Of a DNA stretch of 64,000 nt, positions 11,627-23,125 are shown piece after piece; position 1 is the first letter of the stretch, and every line of letters starts with the position of its first letter. The position numbers were made by a program, and so were the translations under genes. The DNA lies in assembly GCF_009834535.1 (NCBI RefSeq), contig NC_045698.1, forward strand, positions 13,022,001-13,086,000, written 5' to 3'. This DNA comes from Camelus ferus. Taxonomy: Eukaryota. The notes beneath the pieces are model-generated. The model ran no database searches, was not told the DNA's origin, and was given only the letters and a program-made list of their open reading frames with translations.

Positions 11627-12279
11627 TTTATGAAAATCAAGGAGTGACAAAACAGCAAAAATTAAAAAAGTGACCCACAAATTGATGTCCACTGAGAAAA
11701 TCTGGGAATCACTGAAACTGAAAAAAAAAAAAAAAAAAAAACCAAGATTTTATTCTCAGCAAAATGATCAATAGATATAAACTGTTGAATGGTTTTTAAC
11801 TGTCAAGGAAATATCTCAAATTAAAGAATGTGTTCAAATACTGGGAATGTTTTGGCAATATTGAGCATTAAATTTCAAGTGTGATTAGAGCCTTACTGGT
11901 ATTTTTTAACCTCCTTGAGAACATAAATTATTTCCATAACTTGTGAGTCTTTTTGGACTTTTGGACTTTGAAATTAGTTTGTGTTTCCAGAAAGAAGCCA
12001 TGTAAGAAAACGGACAACACACACTGCTGATTTCTCCCTCTTTGGTGTGTACCACTGAATACACCCTATAGTCTACTGTTCTGAGACGCTGTGGCATTAT
12101 CTTATTCATTTTTATATTCCATTTAAAATCTAATGAGTGCTTAGACCATGGATAGCATTCAACAAATGTTCTTACAGTGACATACATTTAAAGGTAAGAC
12201 AGATCATGAAAGGATCACATACTAAATAAACATTCTAATAATGAAGTTGTCCCCAAAGAAGCATTAACCAAAAATTCTA

Positions 12280-12428
12280 TTCTGTTCATTTAAAAAAAAA
12301 TTTGAGTGGGGGAGGTAGTTAGGTTTATTTACTTATTTATGTATATTTTAATGGAGGTACAAGGTATTGAACTCAGGACCTCCTGCATAGTAAGCATGTG
12401 CTCTACCACTGAGCTATACCCTCCCCCC
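12280..12428 (-). mobile_element. tRNA-derived SINE (camelid Vic-1 type)
   Basis: Antisense of gggggagggtatagctcagtggtagagcacatgctta...ggtcctgagttcaatacc (A and B boxes). TSD accaaaaa(t/c)tcta at 12267-12279 and 12429-12441. Confidence 0.9.
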
Positions 12429-12789
12429 ACCAAAAACTCTAAATATGTGAAGTCACTGTGCTAAGACCTTTGACCTTTGGTGGCTGGAATAGATGTTAGT
12501 GGGGAAAAGTGAACAATTGGGAAGCAAGAGGTTTGGTTTGGGAATACAGATTTTGAATTTAGGTAGGATTGAGTGCAAATCCTCCTTGTTATCTCTTAAA
12601 CTTTGGACAATTTCCATAAAATTGCTAAATCTCTCTTTTTCAAATTGTAAAATGTGAATAATGAGATGTGTCTATATCAGAGACTGATATATTTCCTTTT
12701 TAAAAGAGCTGATTTAAAATTTAGGTATTTGTGCTCCTAAATTATTCCATAATTTAATTTCATGATTACATTATAATTAAATTTATTAA

Positions 12790-13440
12790 ATTAACTTAAA
12801 AGTGTACATAAATTTGATAACAAAAGTAGTGGAGGGAAATATCAACTAAAAAGTAAGAGTCTCCTTTGCTTTGCTCAAACCTAGCCCCAAAACCCAATCT
12901 TTGAGGTGTTCCAATTTTAAACATTTCTGTCATATTTTTTTCCTAGTGGTTCTCTTCCTAAGCGTAAATTTTATGCTTATGTCTCTATTTCATGATTTAT
13001 CAAGTTTCAACAATAACTATGAACTCACCTATGAAATATGAGGACTCTGGTTCACATAAACTGACTTCTGCCTCATCCTTCACTCTCTGTTAGTTCGCAT
13101 GTTTACTTTTAGTTATTCTCTTGGTTATATTTATTGATCTACTTATGTACTTGATTCTTTATTTTCTTTATTCATCAACATTAGACTTTATGTCCTGACT
13201 CGCCCCCATGTTAGATGAAGTATTCCTGTGTCATCTCCTTTTCTCCTTCTTCAGACTCCTAAGTCCCATACCATTATTTTTATACTGCCAAGCTTTAAAA
13301 TACTCTTTTCTACAACTATAGCCTGCTATGGTTGTCAATTTATAGATTAAGCACGGAAGACGGATGCAGGTTGGACACATTGTACTTCTTATAGTATAGA
13401 AACTTCCATTTTGTAACATGCTTTGTTCTTCATTAGATAA
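12790..13440 (-). mobile_element. Ancient L1ME/HAL1-like fragment
   Basis: T-rich degenerate sequence resembling an antisense HAL1/L1ME 3' region. Confidence 0.35.
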
Positions 13441-14849
13441 TGAGTTTATTGAGATCAGAAATCATCTACACTTATTTCAGTGAATATCCTCACTATCTGG
13501 CACAGTTACTGGTTTGTGCAAAGCACTGAAAGACTTGACTGGGATGGCAGTCAGTATCGACAAGGTGAGCAGTAGGGCACAAGGCCCTGATCGGCGGATG
13601 ACTTAGTACTTTAATCCCAGATGCATTGGCAAAAATAAAGCTGGGAACTGGCCTTTAGAGAACTGGGTTATTCAGTGGCTTGTTGAGTCAGAGAAATGTT
13701 AACAGGCAATAAAGCAGACCAAGTGACTGGAACGCGTGTGGTAGATGGTTCAAAGGGGAAGTTTACTTCCAAGGAAAGGGAGAGAGAGGACAGCACCCAG
13801 CGTTGGATGCCAGGTGGGAACAGACACAGTAGCAGTGCAGGCAGATGCTGGTCTCCAGTCCAGCTGAACCACTACTCTCATTCTGCTGCTCATCTGCGGG
13901 AGTGACTGGAAGCTTAGGAAAGGCAAGCTGTTGATGAGAAAGTGATGCTTTCTTCTCTTTCAGATAGAAAACTGTTCTATTTTAGTGCTGATGCTTTCCC
14001 GCAACCTGCATAAATAGCAAGATCTCATTTAAAATATTACTTTAATATAAAAATTGTTGCAGTGCTAAATGAGCATAATTATGTGAAGTTTTAATTTTAT
14101 TTTAAGAGGTTCCTACTCTTTCTCTAAAACTTCAGTAAATTCCCACATAGATAAAAGTAATAATAGATTGAGAATTATTTCAATTCCATTTTTATTGTCT
14201 TTCATTGAGAAATGAGAAAAATTATCTTTCTACTACTCATTGTTGTATACCTGTTGTCAATATATTATGAATGTCACAATATTGTGATGTAAGTTACACG
14301 TTTGTCTTTATAAAGTGTTAGAAAATGTATTAAAACTCAGTATTTTCTTAGACAAAATAAACTTTAAAAACATGAATATCAGTATGTGTCTATGACAATA
14401 TATAAATAAAACAATTTTTCTCCAAATAACAGTTATCAAGAGATATTGAATATACCTTTTTGTGAGTGTCTTGTATACAACAAATTAAGCTTATAAGATC
14501 GTATACTTCATCACAAGTTTGAAAACAGGACTTCTTCATATCAGCTACTTACATACCCTGATATCAAAGTCCTCTGTTCCTGCCTGATCTTGCTCTACTC
14601 AACTGGAAGACCAAAATCTGAAGACTCAGAATTTTCTGTTTTCATTTAATTATTTCCTCATATGTTTGATTGAAAAATAATTTATTACATGCTGGCTAGA
14701 TCACCAGGATTTGGTTCCTCTTATTCTGTTTTTTAACATCTGCTTTCTTCTCCAAGTATTGGCATCCCAAATCCCCCAGTTCACATATTTTAAGTTTGGC
14801 AAACCCAGACAGAAAAAAAATAAATGCAGCTCTCTGAAGGATTTCAACA

Positions 14850-15142
14850 TGTTTGGGCATCGTGTCTCACTGGCTGGCTTAGCTCAATGGGCCTGCCCCT
14901 CAGTCCAGTGCTGGGACAGTGCAGTAGCATATGGCCAAGAGGCCTGTAGGAGAGAATATACGATCGCCCACTCTAGGGTCACAGGTCCAGACTGGTGTCC
15001 AGAAGGTAGGCTTGACCATGTCTAAAGCACTTGCGTTCAGTACAGGGAAAGTTGTTCCTTAAAGGAAAGTCAAGATGCTGCTACCAGAAGGAAGTGAATG
15101 GATCTTGGACCATGTCCCAAACTCACAGACGTCCGCTGCACT
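14850..15142 (-). mobile_element. MaLR LTR fragment (MLT1J/K-like)
   Basis: gttccttaaaggaaagtcaagatgctgctaccagaaggaagtgaatggat...cagacgtccgctgca. Confidence 0.6.
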
Positions 15143-15524
15143 GCATATGTACCCTGGAGTTAGAATTTGGCTCTCAACCCTTTATTAATACAAGCTTTAA
15201 TAATACAGAATCGATGGTAATACAGACATATTCTCTACGAAAGAACACATATAAATAGCATAAAAATAATTTCAGATGAAAGCATATATTAGTCAAATAT
15301 TTATATTATTTTAAACATTTTCAAAGCAGGTGATAAAATTGATTAGCCAATCACAAATAAATCTATTCATCAATCTTATTTATTCATCAAACCATATAAA
15401 CTTAAACCCCCTTTACTAGGCAATACTTTTTACCTGAAATAAGTTGTGCTTAATATATGAAGATTTTTCAGATATAAAATTTGAAAGCTAATAAAATTCA
15501 TTAAGTAGTTTCTGTGATTTGGAC

Positions 15525-15760
15525 TATTGGTTAAAGACACAGACTACATCCAAATCCAGACTTTATCACCTGCCAGCTGTGTGACCTTGAGGAAGTTACT
15601 TAACCTCTCTGTTCTTTACTTCCCTAACTTGTGAAATGAGGCTAATTTATAACTGCTCCTGCCTCATAAAAATATTGTGAGAATTAGTAAAAAGTAATAT
15701 ATTTAAAGTGCTTAAAATGGTATCTAGGACCTAGCAAATGCTAGATCAGTTTTAGACTTA
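15525..15760 (+). mobile_element. MIR SINE
   Basis: Core agctgtgtgaccttgaggaagttacttaacctctctgt...tgtgaaatgagg. Confidence 0.85.
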
Positions 15761-16242
15761 TAATTACTGTTTTGATAGAAATATATACTGAGCACATTTT
15801 CATTCTTGGGCTCCATAAGCTTTATAAATATTTTGATAAAAATTCTAGGAAATTTACATCTTCTTTTCATCAATTATTTAGCAAAGTAAAGCAATTTTCC
15901 AGAATTCAGGCATCTTTTAAGTGGCAAAGCCAGAATTAAAAGCCAATATTCTCTAACGCCAAAGTTTGTGGTCATACCAATTATAATATTCTGCCTTTGA
16001 AGTAAGTAATATAGCGTGACAATCTCTATCAAGTCCCCTGGGATACAAAGACATATTCCAGCCCTCTTAGTATTACATTCCCAATCTAAGTTTTCACAGA
16101 ATTTTTTTTTCTGAAACAGTAAAAATAATTCCAAAATTAAAAAGTGATATCTGAAAAATATCATACACAAAATCTAAAACCTGTGTGTGTGATAAAGCAT
16201 CATACCGTTAAAAGCACATTGAAATGTTATACCGGTGTTCAC

Positions 16243-16396
16243 CTCTAGGTGGTGGAGGCATTTCTTCTTTGTAAATGTGTTTTTCCAATCCTAAGAGGAA
16301 GAAACAGATAATTGAAAGAGAATCGAGTGGGAGGAGAGCAAGGCCATGGAGGTGTGGGACCAGCCCTAGTGCTGGAATGCTGATGCGTGGAGCCAT
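16243..16396 (-). pseudogene. Candidate pseudo-exon 1: signal-peptide-like exon
   Basis: Kozak caccATGG at 16396 (second, out-of-frame tccATGG at 16347). Reads MAPRISIPALGLVPHLHGLALLPLDSLSIICFFLLGLEKHIYKEEMPPPPR, then a phase-1 donor AGAG|gtgaac. SLSIICFFLL resembles recalled IMPG2 signal SLGILIFVLI. Confidence 0.5.
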
Positions 16397-16414
16397 GGTG
16401 AGCTTTCCCCCCGG

Positions 16415-16462
16415 GAGTCTAATTCCCTAAGAATTAGCCAGAGTCAAGGATATGAGTCAGAT
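16415..16462 (-). promoter_or_regulatory. Possible relic proximal promoter of the IMPG-like gene
   Basis: Inverted homeodomain pair CTAATTC-n5-GAATTAG (16419-16437) and TGAGTCA (16453-16459) immediately upstream of the candidate ATG. Confidence 0.25.
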
Positions 16463-17385
16463 TCTTAGGGTCCCAACACATCATGTTAGAAAAGAAAAAC
16501 TTTGCTTATTTAATGTAAAAGCATCCTCTGTTGTCATTGTTTGAAGCTTTCTCCTTTCAGAGCTTCCAAATCCTCCCCTGGGTAGTTGAGGTGCTAGCTC
16601 ATATACAGGAAATGTTTTAAATGAAAGAGTGCTGTGAATTTCTGTTGCCAGGATATGTAAATCACACACACGCTCTCTCACACACACACATACTCAGTGG
16701 TGGGGTGGAGAGTGGACAGCTTGGCAGATCAGAACAGCTTGTATGGGGGTGGCCTCACATTTCAAGTCAAGGCTGCTCAAGTGGGGAAGATGACAAATGG
16801 GGAAAACAGATTGTGAAATCTAAGCTCAAGGGAGAAGAATTTTTCAGTAAGGGAATAAAATCAAATATCCAGCTTATGGTTTCCGGCTTGGAAAGAACAT
16901 TAAAGATGATCTCTTCCAATATTTTCATTTCAAAAATTAGAGAATAGGATAAAGTTAAGTGACCTCTTCAAGGTCACACTGAAAAGAAAGAACTAAACTT
17001 TAGGTTTGTAGCACTAAGAGTCTCCCCTCTACTAACGCATTTGGCCCCACTGAGTTTAAATGTGAAACAAACGCAATTCTGTTGGAGAGTGATACGTATT
17101 TAGTTCAGTAGTTGGGATTAGATAGAAGAATTTTCCCATAAAACATTTCTGTAATAAAAGAGAGAATACGTAAATTCTTAGATTCTTATCAGAAAGAATA
17201 TAGCTTTCTAAAATGATGATGTCTATCATTATTTGTACTTTTGTCTGTCCTGGTGGCAGCCAAATGTGAGTCAGTGTTGCTTTCTTATAAAGTAAGCAAT
17301 TCTAAAATCAAGAATATTTTGTCTAATTTAGAATAGAATTCAAGAATCCTCCAGTTGAGCAAAAGAGATATTTCTCTCTTTCCAG

Positions 17386-17648
17386 TGTAGATACACTACA
17401 ATGTTAGTAAATGCTAGTAGCACTGGTGGATATGGTACTGTTCGTAGATGTTGCAGTGTTAGTAGACACTGTGGTGTCAGCAAATAGCATTGTGTTAGAT
17501 ACTGTAGTGTTGGTAGATATCACAGTGGTGGTAATTACGGTAATCTTGGTAGATACAGTGTTGTTAATAGGTATGGTAGGTACAGTATTGTCAGCAGATA
17601 GACCAGTGTCGGTAGAAATGGTAGCATTTATAATACCACAGTGTTGTC
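17386..17648. repeat. Degenerate 18-bp minisatellite (consensus about gtagatactgtagtgttg)
   Basis: About 14-15 diverged units, with gtagat/gtggat/gcagat recurring at mostly 15-18 bp spacing. Confidence 0.85.
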
Positions 17649-17654
17649 TAGCCT

Positions 17655-18640
17655 CCTTACTTCCTGGTATGTGTATATCTTGAGAGCAGACCCCAATACA
17701 ATCTCCCTCTCAAAGTCTGTTTCCAGTGATGCCATTCTAAGGCCACTGATCCTAGGAATGGTTCTAAGAAGTTGACGATAAAGTGGGATTTTACTGATGC
17801 AACACCTACATTACTGACAGCAGACTGAAAATGAATAATTGCATGACATGCTGTAATTATGCAATTGTTAAAATGTTCACCCATAGAGAACTGGGGTAGG
17901 GTACTGTCAAAGAGGATGCTTTAGCTTGTGTACTATCTCTGGTCCTGGAGAAGAAGGAGGGAAACTGTAACTATAAGACTCTGGAATAGGGTACCTGTTT
18001 TGGGGGTCACTGATTCCTTGAAAAGAGACATGGTAGGCAGAATTTCTAAAATGGTCCCCCAGACATGTACAAGAACCTATGGATATGAACAGATACCACT
18101 CTCATCATTATGCCATATTATACTGCACAGCTGACTCTAAGACGGAGGGTCATCTGACAATTCAGATGATACAATTACATGAGCCCTTAAAAGCAGCTTC
18201 TGATGGTAAAAGAAGTCATGGAGATTTGAGACTGGATAGGACTCGATGTGCCATTGCCCGCTTGGAAGATGGACAGGACCATGAGAAAAGGAGGGGAGGC
18301 AGTCTTACAGAGCTAAGAGTCTCCTAGCTGATGGCCAGGAAGGAAATAAGAATGTTAATCCTACAATCACAAGGAGCTGAAATTTGCCAAAAGTTTGCAT
18401 GAGCTTTGAAAACAGATTTTTATTCCCCTAGAGCCTGTAGGTATGAGACTAGCCCAGCTCACATAGTGATTTTGTCACTGTGAGGCCCTAAGACCACTGG
18501 ACACTGGACCTACAGAGCTGGCTGTTGTCTTAAGTTGCAAAGTTTGTGATAATTTGCTCCAGGAGTGACAGGAAACTAATGCAAGAGATAGCAAGAGGAT
18601 CAGGGTGTTTAACCATCAATTTACTTTAGGTAAATGTGCC
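17655..18640 (+). mobile_element. ERVL LTR end plus start of internal gag region (LTR16/ERV3-16A3-like), split by MLT1E
   Basis: ctcaaagtctgtttccag...ctaaggcca LTR end, then gatcctaggaatggttctaagaag and catgctgtaattatgcaattgttaaaatgttcacc; resumes at 18589. Confidence 0.6.
18029..18583 (+). mobile_element. MaLR solo LTR (MLT1E-like) with 5-bp TSD
   Basis: tggtaggcagaatttctaaaatggtcccc...ggaaactaatgca. TSD agaga at 18024-18028 and 18584-18588. Confidence 0.85.
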
Positions 18641-20639
18641 CGCTTTCTCCATATTTTTCATAACCAGTGAATCAGACACACAAACTCACAGATTCCTGTG
18701 TCTGTAACTCAAGAGTTATTTTCTCCATTTGTTATTACAGATAATTTTTCAAGCAGAAAATTTCCATAAATGTTAAATTCTACTTCTTCTGTAGCTCCCC
18801 TCCCCACCCACAGCTAGACTGGATCAATAAGTATACTGTGAATTGGACCCAAGTGAAATTTTCCTGCATCAAGATTTCAGATTTTTAGCTCAAAATTCCA
18901 TCTCTCTGTCTCTTTTCCAGAATGTACTGTGCTTCTTGGTAGGTATTACAGTGCAAAATAGGAACATTGTTCCCTAGAGTTGCTGGATGTGTGTTCTATT
19001 GCTTTCATAAACTTGACAGAGATAACCATACCTACAGAATGATAAAATTCTGCTTTTAAGTTATTTGAGCATCAGGGGCATATTCTGATATGTGTCCAGG
19101 GTCTGTTTGGTGTAGCTAACTCCTTAAGCGTTCCAGAGACAGATGTCTGAAGATCATTTCCAAGCCCTGTCACATAGCCTGCATCTTAATGACACATTTG
19201 AATGAGGAGCCATATGTAAATTCTGCACCAGTTAAAGGACTATGACTTGAAATGAAAGTGAATAAATGGTCTAACACAGCAGAAAGAATTAAGATTTCAT
19301 TATGAAGTCTGTTAAACCCTATATATAGGAGGAAGTCTATTTTTCTTTCTGTTTTCAAGGAATCAGACTATCTTTAAAAAAACTTTACTGTATGTGAAGT
19401 GTATCAGTTAGACATTTCTAGCCCTTCTATGACTTTTTTCTTTGGCTTATTTGTTTCATACATTAAAAAAAATCCTTTGTGGCCTGTGCTTTAGAATTCA
19501 CTGGTCATACTCAGGCCAATCAATGCCTTTTGCTGTGATAGCGTTGCTCCTGATCCTCACAATATGCAGGGCCACTCTCTGTTAGAGCAGTGTTTGACGA
19601 GTTAAAAATAAGTGTTCAGAATTAAATGCAAAAGCGTTACTTCTAATCATACGCAAATTGCTACTGGAGTGTCAGAGATGACTTCTTACCAATATCAGGG
19701 AATTCTAGCTAAGGTTATTAAAAGAAGATCTACCATGATTTTTTTTTTAAACTGTTTGACTTACATTACAGAAGAACTATACTATTAATTGGGACATTTT
19801 AAACATTTTGATAGGGTGCAAAATCTGCTTTCTGAGTAAATTTAAGGTTTTATTTCCTGCACCAAAGTCCTGTGGACATAAAACTTCATTTAAATGTTCC
19901 ACCTCTATATATGTACATATTTTTCAGTATCTTTGTAATATGGTTTTGTAATATTATGTATAGCTGTTCAATAAACATTTTCTTTTTCAGACTTCTATCC
20001 TCAACCTTGATTAAAAAAAAAACAAAATTAGAAAAGGCATATTTTCACTAAGAGGGTTAAATTAAAAATATCTTCCTTTTTAGATTTTAATATTTTCCTC
20101 CATATGGATTATCTCCACACTTATTCCCAGTAAGAGAAAATATCATATTTAATCCTTGTAGCTTGGTTTTTCCACGTTGAAATGCATACCACTGTTACAA
20201 TCTCACTTTCCTTTAGGCACAAATAGACTGTTACTAATTATGATACAAAATCTGTTTAATCAACATTAGAAATATCAGTTATACAGAAGACACCAAGTAA
20301 AAATCAACTAACTTTTCCTTTTTCCATTTAGGCTCACACTAAATAAATATCTCATTTTGGAAATATTATACTCTAAGAAAACTTTCTTAGAGTTTTGTTT
20401 TTTTTTTTAATGTCATTTAAGCATGATGGTTTGAAGTAGATTGCCATATAGGCTCAAAGTTTCAGTTTTTTGTTACCCTTATTTAACCTGATGAATCTAT
20501 GGGGTCAGTCTTTTTCATTCGTATTACTCTAGCTATGCATTAATTTTCACAGGGAGGACTTAAGCAACAGGTGGGATTATAAGAAGTTCTCTAGGACTCC
20601 CATCCTTTAGGGTCCACCTCCTATAGCCCCATATGAGTG

Positions 20640-21960
20640 TGGACTAGTACTGTGACGATGGTGGAAATCACTCCCATATCAACAACATAATATGGCTATG
20701 GTTAAGACATATTTAAAGATGTAATTAAGGTCTCTAATCAGTAGATTTTAAAGTTAATCAAAGGAAACATAATCCTGGGTCTGAGGTCAGAAACATCTTG
20801 CTCCTCCTGGCCTTGAAGAAGCAATCAACCATGAGTTCCAGAGCTGCTTGTGAGTGAATTCTGCCATCAACCCTTTGAGCTTGGGATCAGCCTCTGGCCT
20901 CGAAAGCAACTTGATGGCAGCTGTTTGAGACCCCGTGCAGGGGACTCAACTAAGCTGTGCCTGAACTCCTAACCCATGAAAAATGTGAAATAAGTGGGGT
21001 TTGTTTTAAACTGTCAAACTTTTGGTAACTTGTTACACAGGAACAGAAAACTAACATACTCCGTGTCCCTCCTCTTACTTCGGATAACAGAATTCCACTT
21101 TACAATATGGAAATCATTTTGTATGATTTGAGCGGGGCTGATCTTAAGTTGATCCTTAACAGCACACCCTACACCTCTGAGTATAATGACAGGTTCAGAG
21201 AAAAATGAACTAAGTTTGATCAGTCAGCACCTTTCTAGGCCTTTTGTGTCAACCTTGGTAAAAAGAAATTTCTCTTCCCAACATATTTAGTATCATGTGA
21301 TCATTAGTTGTCAATATCCATATGGTCTATCTTCCTTATTCGTAGAGCCTGTTGGTGTACATGGTTGGTTGGCTAACTGAATACCCCTTCCCAAGCTCTT
21401 TTTCCTTTAGAAAGGCTGAACGATAGCTGCTTTCGTGATGTTTCTTATCATTATGTAAGTGTATGTGACATGGTTCTAGCCAACCAGATGTTAATGTATA
21501 ATTGCTAGGAGGCTTCTGGGAAAGCTTTTATATTTTCCTTAAAAAGAAGTCATGTCACTGGACTCGTTTTCCCTCCCATTCTTTAGTTCTAGAATATAGA
21601 TCTAATATCCAGGCTCAGCTCCCATCTTGAGGTCATGTCCTGACATTCTGAGCCAGTGGTTTATTGCCTTTTACTTTCTTATCACATGAGATGTCGTATG
21701 TATGTTATGTATTGAACTACTGCAGGTGAATATGCTTTTACTTGCATCTGAAAGTCTTTATGTATGATGGAAGGACCATATGAAATATAGAAAGAGGCAG
21801 AGTGTTACTGACATCATCAAAGCCCTGTTATCTGGCTGTGTGCAAAATCAGCTTTATCCCGGGGCTTTTCAGTTTAATGAGCCTCCCACTTCCTATTTTG
21901 TTTAACTTGTATTAGTTTCTATTCATTCAATTGCAATTACAGAATCCCAATGAACACAGA
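20640..21960 (+). mobile_element. Cluster of MaLR LTRs (MLT1E/F-like 20640-21058; nested older MLT1I/J-like pieces)
   Basis: gatgtaattaaggtctctaatcag, ggccttgaagaagcaa, tggtaacttgttacacaggaacagaaaactaacata; tgtgacatggttctagccaa...ggcttctgggaaagcttt. Confidence 0.7.
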
Positions 21961-22914
21961 AGTTGCTAGGTGGAACTGCTTTTGTTTTGTTTTTTGTTTG
22001 CTCGTTTGTTTTGTTTTTGGCAGGGTGGGCAATGGAAGAGGCAGACACTAAGAATGACACTCTGAAATGTAGGAAATTTTCTGAGCTGAGTATTAGTGTG
22101 GGGTGCTAATACATTTCTCATTCCTACCTAGGAAATTATTCATTCTTATTATGTGGTGCCAAAGTACTTGATTTAGATAAATCCTGATTCAGGCCGTGGT
22201 TGTTTACCAAGGCTAGAGCTTTAAGGAACAAAGTGGAAAATTTTCAGAGTTTTGTAAATTTTGCCTACTTCATTTTGCAGTTAGCTCCTGCCGTAAAAGG
22301 ACATGCTTCAAACCAAGGAGGATGTCAAAGTAAATCATTCATAAATAGCTTTCTGCTGCACTTAAGATTCAGGGACACCAAGACTTACTTTTATTTATGG
22401 TAATTCCAATTTCAAGAGGATGAACAAGTACATTTATTACCTTACAAAAACAAATCTCAAAATTTGGGAAGCAGTGTGAATTTAAGAAAATCTTAGTAAA
22501 TTAAGAGCTGAATGTTTTATATCACCTGATATTAATTTTAATATCATAAATTTATGTATTTACTCTTATAACTTATTTGATTATCAAAATATTTTCAAAT
22601 CATATATAACAATTCATATAAAAGCATCTTTGGTAAGCATAACAAAATAGAAACTACAAAATTCATTAAGATAGAGGAAGTTTATCAGCTTTTGATTAGG
22701 TGTCAAGAAATTAAGGAACTATGATTTTCGTACAAATGAACCAAAGGAAACAAAGAATGTGCTAATTTCTTTCACCCACAATCAGGCTGGGACCGACACT
22801 GTATTTCATTGCCTGCTGTTCTGCTGTTCACATTCTAGAATGTCCGAGATGGAAATGACTATGCACTGAACAGAATGGGAGAAGTCAAATTCTCTGCTTT
22901 ACACTAAAGAGTGT

Positions 22915-23125
22915 TTAAGCACATTATCAAATCCAGCCAACCACCTAATTTTGTGCGTAAAATTTTATTGGAACACATCCACACCCATTCTTTCCATGTG
23001 GTCCATAGACCACTTCAGTCCTATTATGGCGGAACTGAACGGCTGTGACAGAGATCATCTGGACCCTACAGACAAAAATATTTACTCTCTGGCCCTTTAA
23101 AAAACACCTGACAACCCCTAAACTA
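22915..23125. mobile_element. MER58A hAT-Charlie DNA transposon relic
   Basis: aaatccagcc...aaattttattggaacacatccacacccattc...aaaatatttactctctggccctttaaaaaa...gacaacccct. Confidence 0.85.

Larger units (their letters stand above)
2745..16396 (-). pseudogene. IMPG-family (IMPG2/SPACRCAN-like) two-SEA-domain proteoglycan pseudogene, multi-exon, many stops and frameshifts
   Basis: Manual minus-strand translation gives colinear IMPG-like motifs in order: SLSIICFFLL; ERQHIL; NH..Y; ICKE; LFQDGRTSM; GQKYR; QH/LED; KIKGSKGIKRPSFRSP; NNSLN; S/T/P linker; SFFILAREFQNEDYLDAPTSQTH..LAHTIYQ; LIPFILKEN..KILEKSEGSIF..HKF. Most blocks are bounded by splice signals. Confidence 0.78.

Noticed and set aside
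2745..16396. Functional IMPG1 or IMPG2 gene
   Set aside because: Multiple stops and frameshifts, an exonic L1, decayed splice sites and low similarity; no gene symbol assigned.
17386..17648. CRISPR-like array
   Set aside because: Contiguous degenerate tandem units without unique spacers, no cas genes, and mammalian DNA.
17411..17683. Val-rich membrane-protein-like ORF on the plus strand
   Set aside because: By-product of the 18-bp minisatellite (antisense of Thr codons); it ends in LTR sequence.
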